Assembly (NCBI GenBank): GCA_045589155.1
Contig: JAZNGC010000017.1
Span: 3,771-67,770, forward strand
DNA length: 64,000 nt
Source: Lachnospiraceae bacterium
Lineage (GTDB): Bacteria > Bacillota > Clostridia > Lachnospirales > Lachnospiraceae
Direction: 5' to 3'
Of this stretch, positions 39,217-50,504 are shown piece by piece. Position 1 is the stretch's first letter. Every line of letters starts with the position of its first letter. The translations under genes and the position numbers were made by a program. The notes under the pieces are model-generated. The model ran no database searches. It saw nothing but the letters and a program-made list of their open reading frames with translations, and had not been told where the DNA came from.

Positions 39217-40323
39217 TTATTTTTTTTCTTTATAAAACTCTACCATACCATCCAATTTGGCGGACATGTTCAGCATCATGGCATCCAGTAGTGTAATGGC
39301 TACCATTGATTCCATGACAACCACCGCTCTGGGTACGATAACAGGATCGTGGCGTCCCTTGATTTGGACGGTAATGTTTTCACCATTTTTGTTTACGGTT
39401 TCCTGTTCACGGAAAATGGAAGGGGTGGGTTTGACATGAGCCCGGACAAAAATTTTATCACCATCAGATATGCCGCCTAAAATGCCGCCTGCATGATTTG
39501 TCTTTTTGGTAATAGTGTCATTATCACAGGTGAAGGAGTCATTGTTTTCACTTCCTTTGGCTTTGGAAACCAAGCACCCGTCGCCAATTTCAACTGCTTT
39601 GACAGCGCCGATGGACATAATGGCTTTGGAAAGATTTGCGTCTAATTTTTCAAATACCGGGTCTCCGATACCGGCGGGAAAACCGGTAACAATACATTCC
39701 ATGATTCCGCCTACGGAATCGGCTTCTTTCATGGCTTCTTCCAGATAAGAATAAGCATTTTTATCGGCTAAACGGTCAGGCATTGCGGTTGCAGTGTCAT
39801 AAATAGCATTCCGGTCGAAATGATTCCGGTCGATTTGTACCGGGCCTAAAGAATAGGTGTAGCAACATACATCGATGCCCATGGAAGATAATATTTTAGA
39901 AGCGATAGCTCCGGCAGCTACACGGCCGATGGTTTCCCGTCCGGAGGAACGTCCGCCGCCTCTGTAATCCCGAAAACCATATTTGGCGTCAAAGGTATAA
40001 TCAGCGTGACCGGGACGATAGTAAGAAGCAATTTCACTATAATCTTTTGAGATTTGTGAAGTGTTTTTTATCATCAGTGAAATAGGGGTTCCTGTTGTTT
40101 TCCCTTCAAATACACCGGAGAGTATTTCGACTTCATCCGCTTCCTTACGGGGAGTGGAAATCTTACTTTTTCCGGGCTTGCGGCGGTCTAAGAATGCCTG
40201 AATGTCTGTTTCGGACAAACTAAGACCGGCAGGACAACCGTCTATGACAACTCCTAAAGCTTTTCCGTGGGATTCCCCCCAAGTTGTAATTTTGAATATA
40301 GTGCCAAAACTTGAACCGGCCAT
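39217..40323 (-). CDS. aroC: Chorismate synthase
   Basis: TWGESHG, RPGHAD, GGGRSSGRET, GRHDP; ATG 40323 after GGAGG. Confidence 0.96.
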   Translation of the reverse strand: MAGSSFGTIFKITTWGESHGKALGVVIDGCPAGLSLSETDIQAFLDRRKPGKSKISTPRKEADEVEILSGVFEGKTTGTPISLMIKNTSQISKDYSEIASYYRPGHADYTFDAKYGFRDYRGGGRSSGRETIGRVAAGAIASKILSSMGIDVCCYTYSLGPVQIDRNHFDRNAIYDTATAMPDRLADKNAYSYLEEAMKEADSVGGIMECIVTGFPAGIGDPVFEKLDANLSKAIMSIGAVKAVEIGDGCLVSKAKGSENNDSFTCDNDTITKKTNHAGGILGGISDGDKIFVRAHVKPTPSIFREQETVNKNGENITVQIKGRHDPVIVPRAVVVMESMVAITLLDAMMLNMSAKLDGMVEFYKEKK

Positions 40324-40491
40324 GATTCTTCCTCCTAACACGTTAATATGTTAAAATCTTATTCGATTATAACGAAATCGTTGATTCAAGGCAACTTTTT
40401 TCTGGGTTTTCCATAAAAAACTAATGCATAATATATGGAAGTGTGCTAGAATAATAATGATTATTTATGCACATTTTGAGGAAATACGCAA

Positions 40492-41568
40492 ATGAAAAAG
40501 ACTTTCCGTGAAAGGATTCAGTTCTGGGGAACAAAAGAAATAAAAAAACATAAGTATTTAGAGATGCCCATCCGTGCCGTTATGGCAGTTGCTTTGGGCG
40601 TCTATTGTGTATGTGTTTCTTTTGTAAACAACGGAAAAAAGATAGCCTGTGCAAGCGTAGCCTTAATGTTCTTTTTTGTAAATAGCAGTTTCGGATATCA
40701 GAGTCAGGGAGTTGTAACGGATGTTCCTTTTGATAAAAATGGTTTACAACTTGCGGTGGAAGATATCCCGCAAGAAGATGTGAATCTGTCTGAAATTGTG
40801 GATGAAAAAGAAGTTTTAGAAGTTTACGAAGCATTGGCGCAACTTATGGATGAGGAACCGGATTTATACACTCTTGAGGATATTTTGGAGGAAAACCGGA
40901 CATATATAGAGGAAGAACCTAATGCGGAACTTTCGCCGGAAGAAAGTGAAAGCGATAATGCAACCGTAAACGGGTTTGATGAAATTCCGGATTTTGACCC
41001 CGAGGACTGGAGGCTGATGCTTGTGAATAAACAACATCCTATTCCGGAAGACTATGTAGTTCCTCTGGGCACCATTAAAGGTGGTCTGAAATGTGATGAA
41101 CGCGTTTTGGAAGATTTGCTTAGTTTGATGCAGGCGGCAAAGGAAGACGGGATTGACATTAATATTGCATCTCCCTATAGGGATTATGCAACCCAGAAGT
41201 ATTTGTTTGAGAAAAAGATGGACAAGTATTTGGCAAAAGGTTTATCATACATGGATGCTTATCGGGTGGCATCCACGATTGTAACTGCGCCAAACGCCAG
41301 TGAACATCAGATAGGACTGGCATTTGATTTCAACTCCAAGACATATACCAGTCTGAATTCGGGCTTTGCAAAAACAGAGACCGGCAAGTGGTTAAAAGAA
41401 CATTGTGTAGAATACGGATTTATTTTAAGATACCCGGAAGGAAAGGAATATATTACCGGTATTATTTATGAACCCTGGCATTTCCGTTATGTGGGAAAAG
41501 ATGCTGCTCGGTTTATTACGGAAAAAGGAATTACCTTGGAAGAATTTTGGGAGGATTATTTGAACTGA
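40492..41568 (+). CDS. M15B carboxypeptidase (VanY/LdcB-like), membrane anchored
   Basis: SPYR, SEHQIGLAFD, EPWH. Confidence 0.88.
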   Translation: MKKTFRERIQFWGTKEIKKHKYLEMPIRAVMAVALGVYCVCVSFVNNGKKIACASVALMFFFVNSSFGYQSQGVVTDVPFDKNGLQLAVEDIPQEDVNLSEIVDEKEVLEVYEALAQLMDEEPDLYTLEDILEENRTYIEEEPNAELSPEESESDNATVNGFDEIPDFDPEDWRLMLVNKQHPIPEDYVVPLGTIKGGLKCDERVLEDLLSLMQAAKEDGIDINIASPYRDYATQKYLFEKKMDKYLAKGLSYMDAYRVASTIVTAPNASEHQIGLAFDFNSKTYTSLNSGFAKTETGKWLKEHCVEYGFILRYPEGKEYITGIIYEPWHFRYVGKDAARFITEKGITLEEFWEDYLN

Positions 41569-42701
41569 TGTATAAATTATTAAAGCAGGAAGGCAGAGCC
41601 AAAAGGGGAGAGTTTCACACCGTACATGGTGTGATACAAACCCCTGTATTTATGAATGTAGGAACGGTTGCTGCCATAAAGGGAGCTGTTTCCACTGAAG
41701 ATTTGGAACAGATTAAAACCCAGGTTGAACTGTCAAACACATATCATTTGCATGTCCGCCCCGGTGACAAGATTATTAAACAACTGGGTGGATTACACAA
41801 ATTTATGTCATGGGACAAACCTATTTTAACGGATTCCGGTGGGTTTCAGGTTTTTTCCCTTGCAGGACTGCGTAAGATAAAAGAAGAAGGCGTTTACTTT
41901 AATTCCCACATTGATGGCAGAAAGATTTTTATGGGTCCGGAAGAAAGTATGCAGATACAATCCAATCTGGCATCTACTATTGCAATGGCATTTGATGAAT
42001 GTCCCTCCAGTAAAGCAGATAGAATTTACGTGCAAAACTCGGTTGAACGTACAACAAGGTGGCTGGAACGGTGTAAAAACGAGATGAACCGGTTGAATTC
42101 ATTGGAGGATACCATCAATAAGAACCAGATGCTTTTTGGTATCAACCAAGGTGCCATATTTGCAGATATCCGTATAGAACATGCAAAGCGGATTTCCGAA
42201 TTTGAACTGGATGGTTATGCTCTTGGCGGCTTGGCGGTGGGAGAGAGCCATGAGGAAATGTATTACGTCATAGAAGAAACAGTGCCCTATCTGCCCCTTC
42301 ATAAGCCTACTTATCTAATGGGAGTGGGAACACCGGCAAATATTTTAGAGGCGGTGGAGAGAGGTGTGGATTTCTTTGATTGTGTATATCCTACCAGAAA
42401 CGGAAGGCATGGACACCTTTATACGAATCACGGAAAGATAAATCTTTTCAATGCAAAATATGAATTGGATGACAGACCAATTGAAGAAGGATGTGGATGT
42501 CCTGCCTGCAGAAGATATTCCAGGGCATATATCAGACATTTGCTTAAAGCAAAAGAAATGCTGGGCATGAGACTTTGTGTGTTGCATAATCTGTATTTTT
42601 ACAATACGATGATGGAAGAAATCAGAGATGCACTGGATAAGGGAGAGTTTGCGGCCTACAAAAAACGCAAACTGGATTCCATGGCATCGGGGCAGGAATA
42701 A
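41568..42701 (+). CDS. tgt: tRNA-guanine transglycosylase
   Basis: TPVFM, NTYHL, DSGGFQ, GLAVGE, CGCPAC Zn site; TGATG overlap. Confidence 0.97.
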   Translation: MYKLLKQEGRAKRGEFHTVHGVIQTPVFMNVGTVAAIKGAVSTEDLEQIKTQVELSNTYHLHVRPGDKIIKQLGGLHKFMSWDKPILTDSGGFQVFSLAGLRKIKEEGVYFNSHIDGRKIFMGPEESMQIQSNLASTIAMAFDECPSSKADRIYVQNSVERTTRWLERCKNEMNRLNSLEDTINKNQMLFGINQGAIFADIRIEHAKRISEFELDGYALGGLAVGESHEEMYYVIEETVPYLPLHKPTYLMGVGTPANILEAVERGVDFFDCVYPTRNGRHGHLYTNHGKINLFNAKYELDDRPIEEGCGCPACRRYSRAYIRHLLKAKEMLGMRLCVLHNLYFYNTMMEEIRDALDKGEFAAYKKRKLDSMASGQE

Positions 42702-42807
42702 AAGTTTGCACAGGTCATTAATTTTTTATAAAGTGCTTGCCCACAGACGTTAAGTTGTGTATTATTAAGCGTAGAGTGTTATAAAAGGAAGTTTAGGAGG
42801 AAATAGA

Positions 42808-43131
42808 GTGATGAATATTTTATTGGATTCCGGTGCAACTATACCACAGGGTGGTGGAATGGGAGAAATGATTACCATGATTCTCATTTATGCAGTAATT
42901 ATCGGTGGTATGTGGTTTTTCTTTATGCGTCCTCAGAAAAAGGAACAGAAGAGACTTGCAGCTATGATTTCTTCTATGGAAATCGGTGATTGCGTACTGA
43001 CAACAGCAGGTTTTATCGGCATTGTTATTGATATTAACGATGACACTGTAATCGTAGAGTTTGGTAGCAATAAAAACTGCCGTATTCCTATGGAAAAATC
43101 TGCAATTGCACGTGTGGAAAAAGCTGAATAA
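42808..43131 (+). CDS. yajC: Preprotein translocase subunit YajC
   Basis: One TM, MRPQKK, GDCVLTTAG; follows tgt. Confidence 0.92.
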   Translation: MMNILLDSGATIPQGGGMGEMITMILIYAVIIGGMWFFFMRPQKKEQKRLAAMISSMEIGDCVLTTAGFIGIVIDINDDTVIVEFGSNKNCRIPMEKSAIARVEKAE

Positions 43132-43154
43132 TCAAAAAGAAACATATTACGACT

Positions 43155-43185
43155 GGGGACATTCCAATTGCGGGATGTCCTTTTT
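43155..43185 (+). terminator. Terminator after yajC
   Basis: GGGGACATTCC-loop-GGGATGTCCTTTTT. Confidence 0.7.
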
Positions 43186-43187
43186 GT

Positions 43188-43255
43188 TTATAACTAAAAG
43201 TTATAACAACCATGAACAATATGTATTTGAAGCATAGAAGAGCCTATGATACAAT
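43188..43255 (+). promoter_or_regulatory. LysR-type operator plus sigmaA promoter of leuB
   Basis: TTATAAC-TAAAA-GTTATAA (43188-206), second T-N11-A at 43213-25, TTGAAG-17-TACAAT with extended TG. Confidence 0.55.
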
Positions 43256-43298
43256 TTTTCTAAATATAGAGTATTATTTTGCGGATTGGAGGCAAATT

Positions 43299-44384
43299 AT
43301 GGAATTAAAGATTACATGTATTCCCGGTGACGGAATTGGTCCCGAGATTGTGGCAGAGGCGAAGAAAGTGCTTGATAAAGCCGGAGAGGTATATGGTTTT
43401 ACTCCGGTATATACAGATATTTTGATGGGTGGTGCATCCATTGACGTACATGGGGTTCCCCTTACAGATGAGGCGATTGAAACTGCAAAAGCAGCGGAAG
43501 CGGTACTTATGGGTTCTATAGGTGGAGATACTACAAAATCCCCTTGGTACAAACTGCCCCCGAATCTTCGTCCCGAGGCAGGACTTTTGAAAATCAGAAA
43601 GGCACTCAATTTATTTGCGAACTTGCGTCCTGCACTTCTTTATAAAGAACTGGCAGCTGCCTGTCCTTTGAAAGAAGAAATCAGTGCAAAAGGTTTTGAT
43701 ATTATGATTATGAGAGAACTGACAGGCGGTCTTTACTTTGGCGCCCGTCAGACAGTAGAAGAAAACGGAGTTCGTAAGGCTACAGATACTCTCACATATG
43801 ATGAAAACGAAATCCGCAGAATTGCAATTAAGGGTTTTGAAATTGCGAGAAAAAGAAAACAAAAAGTAACTAGTGTAGATAAGGCAAATGTTCTGGATTC
43901 TTCCAGACTTTGGAGAGCGGTAGTAGAGGAAGTTGCAAAAGACTATCCGGACGTTACGTTAGAGCATATGTTGGTGGACAACTGTGCAATGCAGCTTGTC
44001 AAAGATCCCGCACAGTTTGACGTTATTTTGACAGAGAACATGTTCGGAGACATTTTATCCGATGAAGCAAGTATGGTTACCGGTTCCATTGGTATGCTTG
44101 CGTCTGCTTCCTTGAATGACAGTAAGTTTGGATTATATGAGCCCAGCCATGGTTCGGCTCCCGATATTGCAGGAATGGATGTGGCAAACCCTATTGCAAC
44201 GATTCTCAGTGCGTCTATGATGCTTCGGTACAGCTTTGACCTGGATAAGGCGGCGGATGCCATCGAAAATGCAGTACAGCAGGTTTTGAAAGACGGCTTT
44301 AGAACAGGAGATATTTTCTCGGAAGGATGCGAGAAGGTGGGCTGTAAAAAAATGGGCGACTTGATAGCTGAAAGAATTCAGTAA
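43299..44384 (+). CDS. leuB: 3-isopropylmalate dehydrogenase
   Basis: [46 protein letters not shown]. Confidence 0.96.
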   Translation: MELKITCIPGDGIGPEIVAEAKKVLDKAGEVYGFTPVYTDILMGGASIDVHGVPLTDEAIETAKAAEAVLMGSIGGDTTKSPWYKLPPNLRPEAGLLKIRKALNLFANLRPALLYKELAAACPLKEEISAKGFDIMIMRELTGGLYFGARQTVEENGVRKATDTLTYDENEIRRIAIKGFEIARKRKQKVTSVDKANVLDSSRLWRAVVEEVAKDYPDVTLEHMLVDNCAMQLVKDPAQFDVILTENMFGDILSDEASMVTGSIGMLASASLNDSKFGLYEPSHGSAPDIAGMDVANPIATILSASMMLRYSFDLDKAADAIENAVQQVLKDGFRTGDIFSEGCEKVGCKKMGDLIAERIQ

Positions 44385-44476
44385 AAGATAATGCAAAGAA
44401 AACAGAAGTATGGTATCATACTTTACAGTAAGAAAGTGTGAAATATGTTTTTAAACATAAGAAAGAAGGTATTATT

Positions 44477-46144
44477 ATGAGAAGTGATTCTGTAAAAACA
44501 GGTACAGCGCAGGCGCCCCACAGAAGTCTGCTCAATGCATTAGGATATACGGAAGAGGAAAGAAGACGCCCCATGATTGGTATCGTCAGCTCCTATAACG
44601 AAATTGTTCCCGGTCATATGAACCTGGATAAAATTGTGGATGCCGTAAAAATGGGTGTTGCCATGGCAGGCGGTACACCGGTTGTTTTCCCTGCAATTGC
44701 GGTATGTGATGGTATCGCCATGGGACATATCGGTATGAAATACTCTCTGGTAACAAGAGATTTGATTGCTGACAGTACAGAGTGTATGGCAATGGCACAT
44801 GGTTTTGATGGTCTGGTATGCGTACCTAACTGTGATAAGAACGTGCCCGGTCTTCTTATGGCTGCGGCAAGATTAAATATCCCTACCATTTTTGTATCCG
44901 GTGGTCCGATGCTTGCCGGAAAAATCAAAGGTGAGAAGAAGAGTCTTTCTTCCATGTTTGAGGCAGTAGGCAGTGTTGCGGCAGGAACAATGACTATGGA
45001 TATGCTGGCAGAGTATGAGGAAAAGGTGTGTCCTACCTGTGGTTCCTGTTCCGGTATGTACACAGCAAACTCTATGAACTGTCTGACAGAAGCTTTAGGT
45101 ATGGGACTTCGCGGAAACGGAACCATTCCTGCGGTTTATTCTGAACGTATCCGTCTTGCAAAGCATGCAGGTATGCAGATTATGGAACTGGTTAAGAATG
45201 ACATTAAACCAAGAGATATTATGACAGAAAAAGCATTTATGAATGCACTTACCGTAGATATGGCACTTGGTTGTTCTACAAACTCTATGCTTCATCTTCC
45301 AGCTATTGCACATGAGGCAGGGGTTGATTTGAATCTTGATATTGCAAATGAACTCTCTGCAAAGACACCGAACCTGTGTCATCTTGCTCCGGCAGGTCCC
45401 ACATATATGGAAGACCTTAACGAAGCCGGCGGTGTATATGCGGTTATGAAAGAGCTGACTAAGTTAGATTTATTACATACAGATTTGATTACTGTTACAG
45501 GAAAGACTGTAGGAGAAAATATTGCAAATGCAGTGAATCTTGATACAAGCGTAATCAGACCGGTGGAAAATCCTTATTCTGCAACAGGTGGTATTGCGGT
45601 GCTGAAGGGTAATCTTGCACCGGATTCCGGCGTGGTAAAACGTTCTGCAGTAGTTCCTGAGATGATGGTGCATGAAGGTCCTGCAAGAGTATTTGATTGT
45701 GAAGAGGATGCAATCGAAGCAATCAAAGGTGGAAAGATTGTGGCAGGAGATGTTGTGGTAATCCGATATGAAGGTCCTAAAGGTGGTCCCGGTATGAGAG
45801 AAATGCTTAATCCCACATCCGCAATTGCAGGTATGGGACTTGGATCCAGCGTGGCACTTATTACCGATGGCCGTTTCTCCGGCGCATCCAGAGGCGCATC
45901 TATCGGACACGTATCACCGGAAGCAGCAGTAGGCGGTCCGATTGCTTTAGTGGAAGAAGGAGATATTATCAGTATTAATATTCCTGAAAATACATTAAAT
46001 GTAAAAGTTTCCGATGAGGAAATGGAAGCAAGACGTGCAAAATGGCAGCCAAGAGAGCCGAAGATTACTACCGGCTATCTGTCACGTTATCGTGAACTGG
46101 TTACCAGCGGAAACCGCGGTGCTATTTTGGAAGTAAAGAAATAA
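44477..46144 (+). CDS. ilvD: Dihydroxy-acid dehydratase
   Basis: [44 protein letters not shown]. Confidence 0.97.
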   Translation: MRSDSVKTGTAQAPHRSLLNALGYTEEERRRPMIGIVSSYNEIVPGHMNLDKIVDAVKMGVAMAGGTPVVFPAIAVCDGIAMGHIGMKYSLVTRDLIADSTECMAMAHGFDGLVCVPNCDKNVPGLLMAAARLNIPTIFVSGGPMLAGKIKGEKKSLSSMFEAVGSVAAGTMTMDMLAEYEEKVCPTCGSCSGMYTANSMNCLTEALGMGLRGNGTIPAVYSERIRLAKHAGMQIMELVKNDIKPRDIMTEKAFMNALTVDMALGCSTNSMLHLPAIAHEAGVDLNLDIANELSAKTPNLCHLAPAGPTYMEDLNEAGGVYAVMKELTKLDLLHTDLITVTGKTVGENIANAVNLDTSVIRPVENPYSATGGIAVLKGNLAPDSGVVKRSAVVPEMMVHEGPARVFDCEEDAIEAIKGGKIVAGDVVVIRYEGPKGGPGMREMLNPTSAIAGMGLGSSVALITDGRFSGASRGASIGHVSPEAAVGGPIALVEEGDIISINIPENTLNVKVSDEEMEARRAKWQPREPKITTGYLSRYRELVTSGNRGAILEVKK

Positions 46145-46163
46145 ACCTACGGAGGATAGATTT

Positions 46164-47846
46164 ATGCAGTTAACTGGAGCAGAAATCGTAATTGAATGTC
46201 TCAAAGAACAGGGTGTAGATACCGTTTTTGGTTATCCCGGCGGTACTATTTTGAATGTTTATGATGCATTATATAAACATAGCCACGAAATAAATCATAT
46301 TTTGACTTCTCATGAACAGGGTGCGGCTCATGCGGCAGACGGTTACGCAAGAGCGACCGGAAAAGTGGGTGTATGTATGGCCACCAGTGGTCCCGGCGCG
46401 ACCAATCTTGTTACCGGTATTGCAACCGCATACATGGACTCTGTTCCTATGGTTGCCATTACCGCAAATGTTAATCTCCCCTTGCTTGGAAAAGATTCTT
46501 TCCAGGAAATTGACATTGCAGGTGTGACAATGCCTATTACAAAGCATAATTACATTGTCAAAGATGTTACAATTTTGGCGGACACAATCCGTAAAGCGTT
46601 TAAGATTGCAAAGAGTGGCAGACCCGGTCCTGTGCTGGTAGATATCACGAAAGATGTCACAGCCAATAAATGCGAATATGAACCGGTAATGCCTGAAAAT
46701 GCCCCGATAGTTGTGACGTATACAGATGAAGATATTGCAAAAGCAGTAGAGATGATAAAGGCATCTGAGAAACCCTATATTTATTTAGGAGGCGGTGCAG
46801 TTATATCGGATGCTTGTGAAGAGGTTGCTGAATTTGCGGAAAAAGTAGACGCTCCCGTATGTGATACATTAATGGGAAAAGGTGCGTTTAATGGAAGAAA
46901 CGACAGATATACCGGCATGATCGGAATGCATGGAACGAAAACATCCAACTTTGGAGTAAGCGAATGCGATTTATTGATTGCTTTGGGCGCAAGATTTTCA
47001 GACCGTGTAATCGGAAATCCTGCTACCTTTGCGAAGAACGCAAAAGTTTTACATATTGATATCGATGCAGCGGAAATTGGCAAGAATATTAAAGCGGATG
47101 CAGCTGTAATCGGTGATTTGAAGGATATATTAAAGAAAATCAACATTAAGCTTGAGCAGGCAAATCATCAGGATTGGATGGCTCACATTAAAGAGTTTAA
47201 ACAGAAGTATCCTTTGAAATATGAAGAAGGAAAACTTACCGGTCCTTTTGTGATTGAAGAGATTGACAGAGTAACAAAAGGAGAAGCGGTAATCAGTACT
47301 GATGTTGGACAGCATCAGATGTGGGCGGCTCAATATTACAAATACACCAGTCCCAGAACTTTGCTTTCTTCAGGTGGTCTTGGCACTATGGGATATGGCC
47401 TTGGAGCATGTATCGGTGCAAAAATGGGCAAACCGGATAAGGTTTGTATCAATATTGCAGGTGATGGTTGCTTTAGAATGAACATGAATGAACTGGCGAC
47501 AGCAAGCAGATATAATATTCCTGTTATTCAGGTAGTATTAAACAACCATGTGCTGGGTATGGTGCGCCAATGGCAGACTTTGTTCTATGACCATAGATAC
47601 TCACAGACCGTTCTGAATGATAAAGTTGATTTCTGTAAGGTTGCGGAAGGTCTGGGATGTATGGCTATCCGTGTTACCACAAAAGAAGAAGTTGGACCGG
47701 CTATTGAGAAAGCTATTGCGGCGGGAGGTCCGGTATTGATTGAATGTGTAATTCAGGAAGATGACAAAGTATTTCCTATGGTTCCGGCAGGTGCACCGAT
47801 CAGTGACGCTTTTGATGGAGATGACCTGGCAAACAGAGAGAAATAA
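46164..47846 (+). CDS. ilvB: Acetolactate synthase large subunit
   Basis: FGYPGG, HEQGA, TSGPGATN, DVGQHQMW, GDG..N ThDP motif, GMVRQWQ. Confidence 0.95.
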   Translation: MQLTGAEIVIECLKEQGVDTVFGYPGGTILNVYDALYKHSHEINHILTSHEQGAAHAADGYARATGKVGVCMATSGPGATNLVTGIATAYMDSVPMVAITANVNLPLLGKDSFQEIDIAGVTMPITKHNYIVKDVTILADTIRKAFKIAKSGRPGPVLVDITKDVTANKCEYEPVMPENAPIVVTYTDEDIAKAVEMIKASEKPYIYLGGGAVISDACEEVAEFAEKVDAPVCDTLMGKGAFNGRNDRYTGMIGMHGTKTSNFGVSECDLLIALGARFSDRVIGNPATFAKNAKVLHIDIDAAEIGKNIKADAAVIGDLKDILKKINIKLEQANHQDWMAHIKEFKQKYPLKYEEGKLTGPFVIEEIDRVTKGEAVISTDVGQHQMWAAQYYKYTSPRTLLSSGGLGTMGYGLGACIGAKMGKPDKVCINIAGDGCFRMNMNELATASRYNIPVIQVVLNNHVLGMVRQWQTLFYDHRYSQTVLNDKVDFCKVAEGLGCMAIRVTTKEEVGPAIEKAIAAGGPVLIECVIQEDDKVFPMVPAGAPISDAFDGDDLANREK

Positions 47847-47857
47847 GGATAATTTAC

Positions 47858-49258
47858 ATGAGAGCAAAAAAGGGCAAAATCTTTCTGCTGGTATTGTTTG
47901 TAAGTATATTGTTGCTTGGAATAGGATATTTGGGTGTAAGCCACTTTTATAGCCAAAGATTTGCATATGGTACATGGATTAATGGAATCTATTGTACTGG
48001 CAAAACGGTGACAGAAGTCAACAGGATGCTGGCAGAACAAACAGAGATGGAAGATATTCAGATAATTGATATCAGTGGACAAACATCTGTGATTTGCAGC
48101 GAGATGATTGGGATGAGAGTTGACTACAATGGTCAATTAACAAAGATATTAGAGTCCCAGTCCCCTTATTTGTGGGCAGGTAAATTGCAACAAAACTTTC
48201 AACAAATTACTTTGGAACCGAAGTATATTTTTAGTGAAAGCTTGTTGTCTGAAACAGTAGAAAAATCCAATATCGTGAATTCGGCAAATTCTAAGATACA
48301 AGATATTGAAATCAGAAGAGGAGACAATGGCTTCGAATTGTATGATGGTACTACAGACCTATTGGATGTGGATAAGGTGGTAAAAACCATACGGGAAGCT
48401 ATCTACAAAGGTGAATTTGCAATAAATCTTGCAGAAAAAGGATGTTATACAAATCTGGAATTAACCGGTGAAATGCAGAAAAAAGTTGAATTATATCAGC
48501 AAATCCGGGAATTCCAAGATATAGGAATTACTTATGATATGGGTGATGCCCTGATTGAAATCGGACCGGATATAGTTGCCGATTGGATATCTGTGGACGA
48601 GAACGGTGAATTTCTGTTAGATGAAAACGGGAAATTAATTCTACGAAAAGATGGTATTGCAGAGTTCATATCGGACCTGGCGTTAGAATATGATACATAC
48701 GGAAGTACAAGGTCTTTTCAGACGACCGGAGGAGAAACAATCGAAATCACCGGTGGCACTTATGGTAATGAATTAAATCAGGAAGCAGAGATTATATATT
48801 TAACGGATGCTTTTTTGAATGATATCAGAGAAATTCATGTTCCTTCTTACAAGAAAGAAGCATATGTACGAGGAAAAGATGATATAGGTGATACTTATAT
48901 TGAAATTGATATGACAATGCAAAAGATGTATTACTACGAAAAGGGTGAATTGCTTCTGGAGACAGATGTGGTAACCGGTTCGGTTGAAGAGGGACATAAG
49001 ACTCCGGAAGGAGTAAATTATGTGTACTATAAGAGTAGAAATACGATTCTTAAAGGAAAAGATTATGAGTCTTTTGTGAAATATTGGATGGCTGTAAAAG
49101 GTGGAATCGGAATTCACGATGCATCTTGGAGGAAAAAATTCGGAGGGCAAATCTATATTAAGAATGGTTCTCATGGATGTATCAATACTCCGGGTGATGT
49201 GATGAAGGAATTATATAATGCCGTGGAAAAAGGTACCCCGGTTGTAATGTTTTATTGA
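47858..49258 (+). CDS. L,D-transpeptidase (YkuD domain), membrane anchored
   Basis: N-terminal TM; GIHDASW...GSHGCIN catalytic motif. Confidence 0.9.
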   Translation: MRAKKGKIFLLVLFVSILLLGIGYLGVSHFYSQRFAYGTWINGIYCTGKTVTEVNRMLAEQTEMEDIQIIDISGQTSVICSEMIGMRVDYNGQLTKILESQSPYLWAGKLQQNFQQITLEPKYIFSESLLSETVEKSNIVNSANSKIQDIEIRRGDNGFELYDGTTDLLDVDKVVKTIREAIYKGEFAINLAEKGCYTNLELTGEMQKKVELYQQIREFQDIGITYDMGDALIEIGPDIVADWISVDENGEFLLDENGKLILRKDGIAEFISDLALEYDTYGSTRSFQTTGGETIEITGGTYGNELNQEAEIIYLTDAFLNDIREIHVPSYKKEAYVRGKDDIGDTYIEIDMTMQKMYYYEKGELLLETDVVTGSVEEGHKTPEGVNYVYYKSRNTILKGKDYESFVKYWMAVKGGIGIHDASWRKKFGGQIYIKNGSHGCINTPGDVMKELYNAVEKGTPVVMFY

Positions 49259-49405
49259 TTTTATGATGTGATTAAGTTCATATAGTACTTTAGGTCAAAA
49301 ACAAAAATAATTTAATAATGTACTTGACTAAAGCGTTAACGCGGAGTACAATATGGACAATATTTTAACAAAGTGTACTTATACATATTGAGGAGGAAAT
49401 ATAAA

Positions 49406-50488
49406 ATGGCAAGAGTTTACAATTTTTCAGCAGGTCCGGCCGTATTGCCGGAAGAAGTGTTGCAGCAGGCTGCAGCGGAAATGATGGATTACGAAGGAAC
49501 AGGCATGTCCGTAATGGAGATGAGCCACCGTTCCAAAGCTTATGAAAAAATCATTCAGGAAGCAGAACAGGATCTTCGTGATTTGATGAATATTCCTGAC
49601 AACTATAAAGTTTTGTTCCTTCAGGGTGGTGCAAGCCAGCAGTTTGCGATGATTCCCATGAATCTTATGAAAAATGGTGTTGCTGATTATATTGTAACCG
49701 GTCAGTGGGCTAAGAAAGCATATCAGGAAGCTTGTATGTATGGTAAAGCGAATAAAATTGCATCCAGTGAAGATGCGACTTTCTCTTATATCCCTGATTG
49801 CTCCGATCTTCCTATCAGTGAAGATGCCGATTATGTATATATTTGTGAAAATAATACAATTTATGGAACAAAGTTCAAAACCCTTCCGAACACAAAGGGA
49901 AAAACTCTGGTTTCTGATGTATCCTCCTGTTTCTTGTCTGAGCCTGTGGATGTAACCAAATATGGTGTAATCTACGGTGGCGTTCAGAAAAATATTGGAC
50001 CTGCAGGTGTGGTTATCGTAATTATCCGTGAGGATTTGATTACAGAAGATGTTCTTCCCGGAACACCTACCATGCTGAAATATAAAATTCATGCAGATAA
50101 CGATTCCCTGTATAATACACCGCCTGCATATGGCATTTATATCTGCGGCAAAGTATTCAAATGGTTGAAAAAACAGGGTGGTCTGGAAGCAATGAAAGAA
50201 TACAATGAAAAGAAAGCAAAGGTTCTTTATGATTTCCTTGACCAGAGTAAAATGTTTAAAGGTACAGTGCGTCCCGAAGACCGCTCCCTCATGAATGTAC
50301 CTTTTGTAACAGGAAATGATGAACTGGATGCAAAATTTGTAAAAGAAGCTTCCGCTGCTGGATTTGTAAATCTGAAAGGTCATAGAAGCGTTGGCGGTAT
50401 GAGAGCAAGTATTTATAATGCAATGCCTATTGAGGGCGTTGAAAAACTGGTTGCATTCATGAAAGAATTCGAAGAAAAAAACGCTTAA
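49406..50488 (+). CDS. serC: Phosphoserine aminotransferase
   Basis: NFSAGPA, EMSHRS, QKNIGP, NTPP, GHRSVGG; TTGACT-17-TACAAT upstream. Confidence 0.97.
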   Translation: MARVYNFSAGPAVLPEEVLQQAAAEMMDYEGTGMSVMEMSHRSKAYEKIIQEAEQDLRDLMNIPDNYKVLFLQGGASQQFAMIPMNLMKNGVADYIVTGQWAKKAYQEACMYGKANKIASSEDATFSYIPDCSDLPISEDADYVYICENNTIYGTKFKTLPNTKGKTLVSDVSSCFLSEPVDVTKYGVIYGGVQKNIGPAGVVIVIIREDLITEDVLPGTPTMLKYKIHADNDSLYNTPPAYGIYICGKVFKWLKKQGGLEAMKEYNEKKAKVLYDFLDQSKMFKGTVRPEDRSLMNVPFVTGNDELDAKFVKEASAAGFVNLKGHRSVGGMRASIYNAMPIEGVEKLVAFMKEFEEKNA

Positions 50489-50504
50489 GATTAGGAGAAT
50501 AGAC

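Noticed and set aside
15546-49258. VanZ, VanY-like peptidase and L,D-transpeptidase as a glycopeptide-resistance system
   Set aside because: Genes are scattered; no vanHAX, D-Ala ligase or vanRS; these families are common housekeeping genes in Clostridia
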